Assembly: GCA_002633005.1 (NCBI GenBank)
Contig: NMRA01000047.1
Location: 498,913-562,912, forward strand
DNA: 64,000 nt
Direction of reading: 5' to 3'
Source: Phoronis australis
Taxonomy: Eukaryota > Animalia > Phoronida
Positions within the stretch are counted from its first letter, which is position 1; each line of letters begins with the position of its first letter. The notes beneath the pieces are model-generated. The model ran no database searches, was not told where the DNA came from, and worked only from the letters and a program-made list of their open reading frames with translations. The translations under genes and the position numbers were made by a program. Shown here in pieces: positions 59,392 to 64,000 of the stretch.

Positions 59392-62300
59392 GTTATCAAC
59401 AAGGTTGTACTGAACTATGTGACGGGCGACAACTTGTTTTTCCAACTCCGTTTGATTACAGTCGCAACCATTCGTGTTATTCGTCCACTTTAGATTGTGA
59501 AGGTACATTTGAAGGTTTTGTCTTTCAGAACGACTTCTATGTCAGACTCGTTAAATTGACGCGCTTAAACCCATGGGCTTAAGTGAAATAGTGAATTTCT
59601 TCGCAACATTTAAGAATGTGACGTTCCCAAATACAAGGTGATGGATTTAGATTAGCATATACTTGTAAGATCATGTTGTTTCGTCGGATGTACCTGTACA
59701 TGTATGGCAGCCGAAACTTCATTTCACCAAGTAGAAATCAAACACATTTTATGACATAGCAACAGATTTGGAGAAATTTCATTTCACCAAAATTTGAGAT
59801 TTGTTTGACTGCGCGTTTTCAGTGGTACATGTGCATCTACACATATCTTTGATGAAGTTGAAAGACTCCACAATTGTGCCCTTTGTTTGGACTTGGGACT
59901 GTTCCAGAGAACAATGATTGACTGCTAAAAAATCATGGAAATTACATAGCATGAATTTAATACAGGTCCCAATGAAAACGCTGTGGTATGAAAATTGTAG
60001 ACCAAACGATTATAAAAGAGATTGTCTTGTGACATAAAATTAGTTTAGCTGAAAAATGTCTTTGGCTATGAAGGGGGCCTTTGGAAGGCTTTGAGCATTT
60101 GACCAGTGTGAGAGAAGCCAAAAAGCTCTAAAGAAGAAGTTTCTGATTGTTCTCAATAAACATCCAGATAAATCCAAAAACATCGCCATTGACAGCAGCA
60201 CTTACCAAACGCTGTACATCAGGTGCGATATATTGGCCTTTAATGTCATATGCGTATTTCAGATTTCAACAAAAAAGCTCCCCCCAGCTTTGGCGGAAAA
60301 TGGTGTCCGCCAAACGCATACTACGACGACAAGCGATGCTGGTGTGACTACAAGCCGACTGGAAGTTTTTGCATGTCACCGGGTAAATTAATACCATAGC
60401 AGCAGTGTCCCTTAAGAAGACAGCACAAGGCTATTTGCATTATGAGATAATTTTCACTATAGAATTTCGTTGAGTAGCAACTTATAATGAAATCCCTGTG
60501 GTACCGACCACTGTTTCACATAGTTCCCCTATTAAAGCATACCTGGCCTGAACGATAAATTAAAGAAAATGTTTTCAGTGACAGCCAGTCCAAGTTGTGT
60601 CCGTATTCCCGTAGCCCTTGATTCTAGGCATGCATAAGAATCGCAAAAGCTCATGTTATGCCTGTTAAAAAATACTTTGTAGAGGCAGTTAAGGGGGGAG
60701 GGGGCATGGAACCCACCTCTCGCCGGCGCTTGACCAGAAAACCGGCATCATGCCGTTTTCAGCGCTAACGCGGACATCTTCCTACGAAAACTGTAGTAAG
60801 GTCTTCCTCGAGGCATTCTATATTCGCGTGTGTTATACTTCTATACACTACTCTTTGCAAGAGTTGTCAACCGCCGGGCACAAACAACCACATGCGCCTC
60901 TTGCCAAACTCCATGAGGTTGCCTTTCAAAGGACTTCAGCTATATTGAGCGCTGCTTTGGGGGATTAAATCAACATTGAAGTATGATAAGAAGGATCAGA
61001 AGTAGTCGCAAATAATCCACTTCTTAACAGTAGAACAAGAAATGTATAAGGAACGTCATCAGTTTTCCCTGCGAACAACGCATTTCTGTGGAATTGTTAT
61101 TGTTCGACGGAAAAGAGTTTTGAAGGTTTGGCCAGCTACAAAGTTTTTTGTGTTTTGTAATTTTACAAATCGACCATTGTCGCCGTTGTTTGCAAAACAA
61201 TGCGCTGAAATCAAATCCGGTTACCATTGTAACAATTTTATTACTGAAGCAGCGATCAATATGATATGGTTTTAATCACTCTGAACAATTTCTATCGCGT
61301 ATTAAGGTATATTATATATATCTTTTTAATTTATACCTCTAATCGATAAGTAGGTCTACACATTGAAATCATTTTGGAAAAAAGCATAATTGTTTCAGGT
61401 CTGTTTCGTTATCCTGAAAACCGAGTCGGCAATTTTTAATTGCTCACTTTCTTCAAAAAAACTTCGTTTGTGATCAAAAATGATGCGGGATGCTTTATAT
61501 TGTCACTCATCTCACGGCTGTCGTAAGCCTTTCTTCCCTTGCTTACGGGTTTTTGTGTACCTTTTCAAAAGATCACCATAATTTAGCGGATGGGCATTCC
61601 TTTCTAGTCGGTGAGTGCTGCTGAGTGAAGTCTCAAAATGAATCCTGGTAGAGACCAGAACCAGTTATGCTTTTTTGGCCCTATTTAACCTATTGACTGC
61701 CAATAAACGTATGCACCGTAAATCAATTCCCTATTTCTACCACGTTTCCATAGTGCAGCCGAGGCAGACGTTATTTTGATTTTTGTAGAGGAAGAGAGCG
61801 CTTGTCGGTCCAAATGCAATGGGACGACATTCACGTTTACCGATATCAATGGCGCAAACGGAACACTTAACTGCATGTACCCTAATGACTGTGAAGGTAG
61901 GACAATTTCGAGAATTCAGTACATGATTTTGGATATGAAATTAGAACACAGTGGAACAGTTCCATTCTAAAGTGTTGTTATAAAACAACCGTTCTGTGTG
62001 TTTATTGTGCGATTTCAATACTGAAAGAGAGATCTTGTCAACACTTCCGTGGTTTTCTTTTTTCGATTGGTCGCACGTCTTTTAAGAGACTAAGCCACTA
62101 ATACCGTTTCAGAAAAGGTATTTTTCCACTGAATAACGGGCAACAACTGATTCTCAAAATCTAGCACCTTGTAAGTGGCTATTGTTTTTAAAACTGTCGT
62201 CGTTATAGGATCTAAAGGATACTAAACCCTGTTTTGATGAATTCAACCAATCCTTACTCTGTCACCAACTAAATGCATCATTGGTGCCAATCTTGAAAGA

Positions 62301-63248
62301 TAAAAGCAGGCATCATCTAAAAGTCATACTCCCTGTGTCACAAATTGGATAATATAATTCTTGGTGGGTGGTCACGCTTGCCTGTTTAGTAAACTTCGAA
62401 AGGACTTTTCAGATTTTCCCTTCAAACTTTTGAGGGTTGTCCACGAGGTTTACAGAGCATTATTTTGTTTCAGAGAATTGGATGGGAAAGTCGTTTTAAC
62501 CCGGGTTTAGTATCCTTTTAAATATGCGATCAAGCACCAGTACCCATTGATGCACTTAGCATTATCGCCACCTATGACGTAAGATAACGATGCCGTACCC
62601 CTCTCTTGGTCTCCGCCTCTATCCCCGTTGTCACCAATTTTGAAGCCTCTCGGTCGTCATGATTCTTGTGCCGCCATTTACCCCGTCTATCTCCACTACA
62701 TATAAATTTCATATACCGCTCTTTCGTGCCACCAGATTGACGCCCCAATCGTTTGTGCCTACCTTCAGCCTGCTTATTTCGGTCCCTGTCGACGTTTCCG
62801 CCCACCGATCCTCTAGACTGATGTATTGTTGATGAGTTTATGAACTAAGGACGTAATTGAAAACGATACTGAGCTTGTAATATTCTCTCAAGACGTCAGT
62901 CACACGTGAACACTTTGTTACGAGTTTTCAAAGGCGTTGCAAGTTTTTGAGGACTGACAAAGGGCAGGATTTTGCTCCGAAGGTTAAGTGATCAAGTCAA
63001 AGTTATCATCTGTTTATGGGCTATTTAGTGGAATAATAGAAATGTTTCCCAATATTGCTATAGGTGACGCTGTGACACTAGGATAAAATGTGGTTCACTC
63101 TCATCTTCTGCTTTAGTGTTTTTGAGCAAGGCATCTTGTGCCATTGGCGGTCATCGCTGCGACAGGAACTCGGACTGCGCAATCTCTGGGGAAAACAGAA
63201 CCTGTGAGTGTATCCCTGGCACAAAGATGGTGAATGCGACTTGTCAAG
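59392..63248 (+). CDS. Partial gene for an extracellular cysteine-rich/EGF-like modular protein (start uncertain, probably continues past the window)
   Basis: Four symmetric phase-1 exons: 59392-59502 (CTELCDG...SCYSSTLDCE), 60263-60382 (WCPPNAYYDDKRCWCD...FC), 61789-61896 (CRSKCNG...NCMYPNDCE), 63117-63248 (EGF-like CAIGGHRCDRNSDC...CECIPG...C, GC donor). Several N-x-S/T sequons. Confidence 0.68.
62093..62184. mobile_element. Palindromic ~110-bp MITE family, copy 3 (degraded)
   Basis: AGCCACT...TGAATAACGGGC..CAACTGATTCTCAAAATC...AGTGGCTATTG matches copies 1 and 2. Confidence 0.6.
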
Positions 63249-64000
63249 GCAAGCAGAGAGGGCTTAATGTTTATCGAGGCAGGCGCAGACCTAGGATCAT
63301 GGTCAGATGAGGCCAATGATAGGCATAGGGGGCCCATAATTTCTGCTCCGTGGATCAACATCTGCACCGTCGCTTGTGTGGCTCTGTCACTGATCATCAG
63401 TCGACAGTGCTTGGTTAATTTTATCACCATGAGGCCAGGACCAAATGATTTGCATGTACTATTTCTAGAAATAATAAAATGTGGTTGTTGATCTATCCAG
63501 GAAATTTTGTTGCAAATCGAATTGAAACTGGTATGCTGGACAATGTAACATTAAACTCCTAGAAGTGTCGTCTGCTTGGGACAAGAGTATAGGTGAAGTT
63601 GGTAACCAGACGAGATCTCGTGAAAAAGCAAGAGATGACAGTTCCCGTCAACCCCCAGGCGTGATGCCTCCGAGATTCTGAGTATTGTCAATCAGACCAG
63701 CATCAATTCGATTTACAATATTTCTAGAAATGTTTAAAAATTTCAACGTTACACTGTGTGCACAACAAAGGTCGTACGCCTTGACGTAGCTAAGAGAGAG
63801 TCATAGATACATTATTGTGAACGCGATGATACGTTTTCTTTTGGAACCGAAGTCGTTGCAACTAACCTTAAAATGATATTTTTTACGACCGCCTTTACAA
63901 ATCACGTTAGTGAACTCAATGCAAATTAAAGTCGAAGTCACTACCGTTTTAGCTAAGATAGGATAATCTGTTGAAAAAGCTAAAAAGGTCACACACATAG

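Overview
Eukaryotic (metazoan, probably invertebrate) genomic DNA with spliced genes; no prokaryotic features or CRISPR array. In order: a 668-bp tandem repeat interrupted by a young 5'-truncated RT/RNase H non-LTR retrotransposon with an 8-bp target-site duplication; an intronless MS4A/CD20-like tetraspan gene with a decayed upstream copy; a 12-coding-exon Jade/PHF17 (rhinoceros-like) gene on the minus strand; NCBP2 (CBP20) with a U12-type intron; an FYTTD1/UIF-like mRNA-export adaptor head-to-head with a two-exon CAND1; and part of a cysteine-rich/EGF-like modular gene. Introns and intergenic DNA hold a piggyBac derivative, MITE/fold-back elements, a tRNA-derived SINE head, a THAP remnant and minisatellites. 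The most unusual observations are tandem duplications anchored on four splice sites, a higher-order repeat carrying phased co-oriented CTCF-like motifs, and a PIP-box-like motif in the Jade tail. Exon boundaries were read by eye (GT/AG plus frame continuity) and no database search was run.
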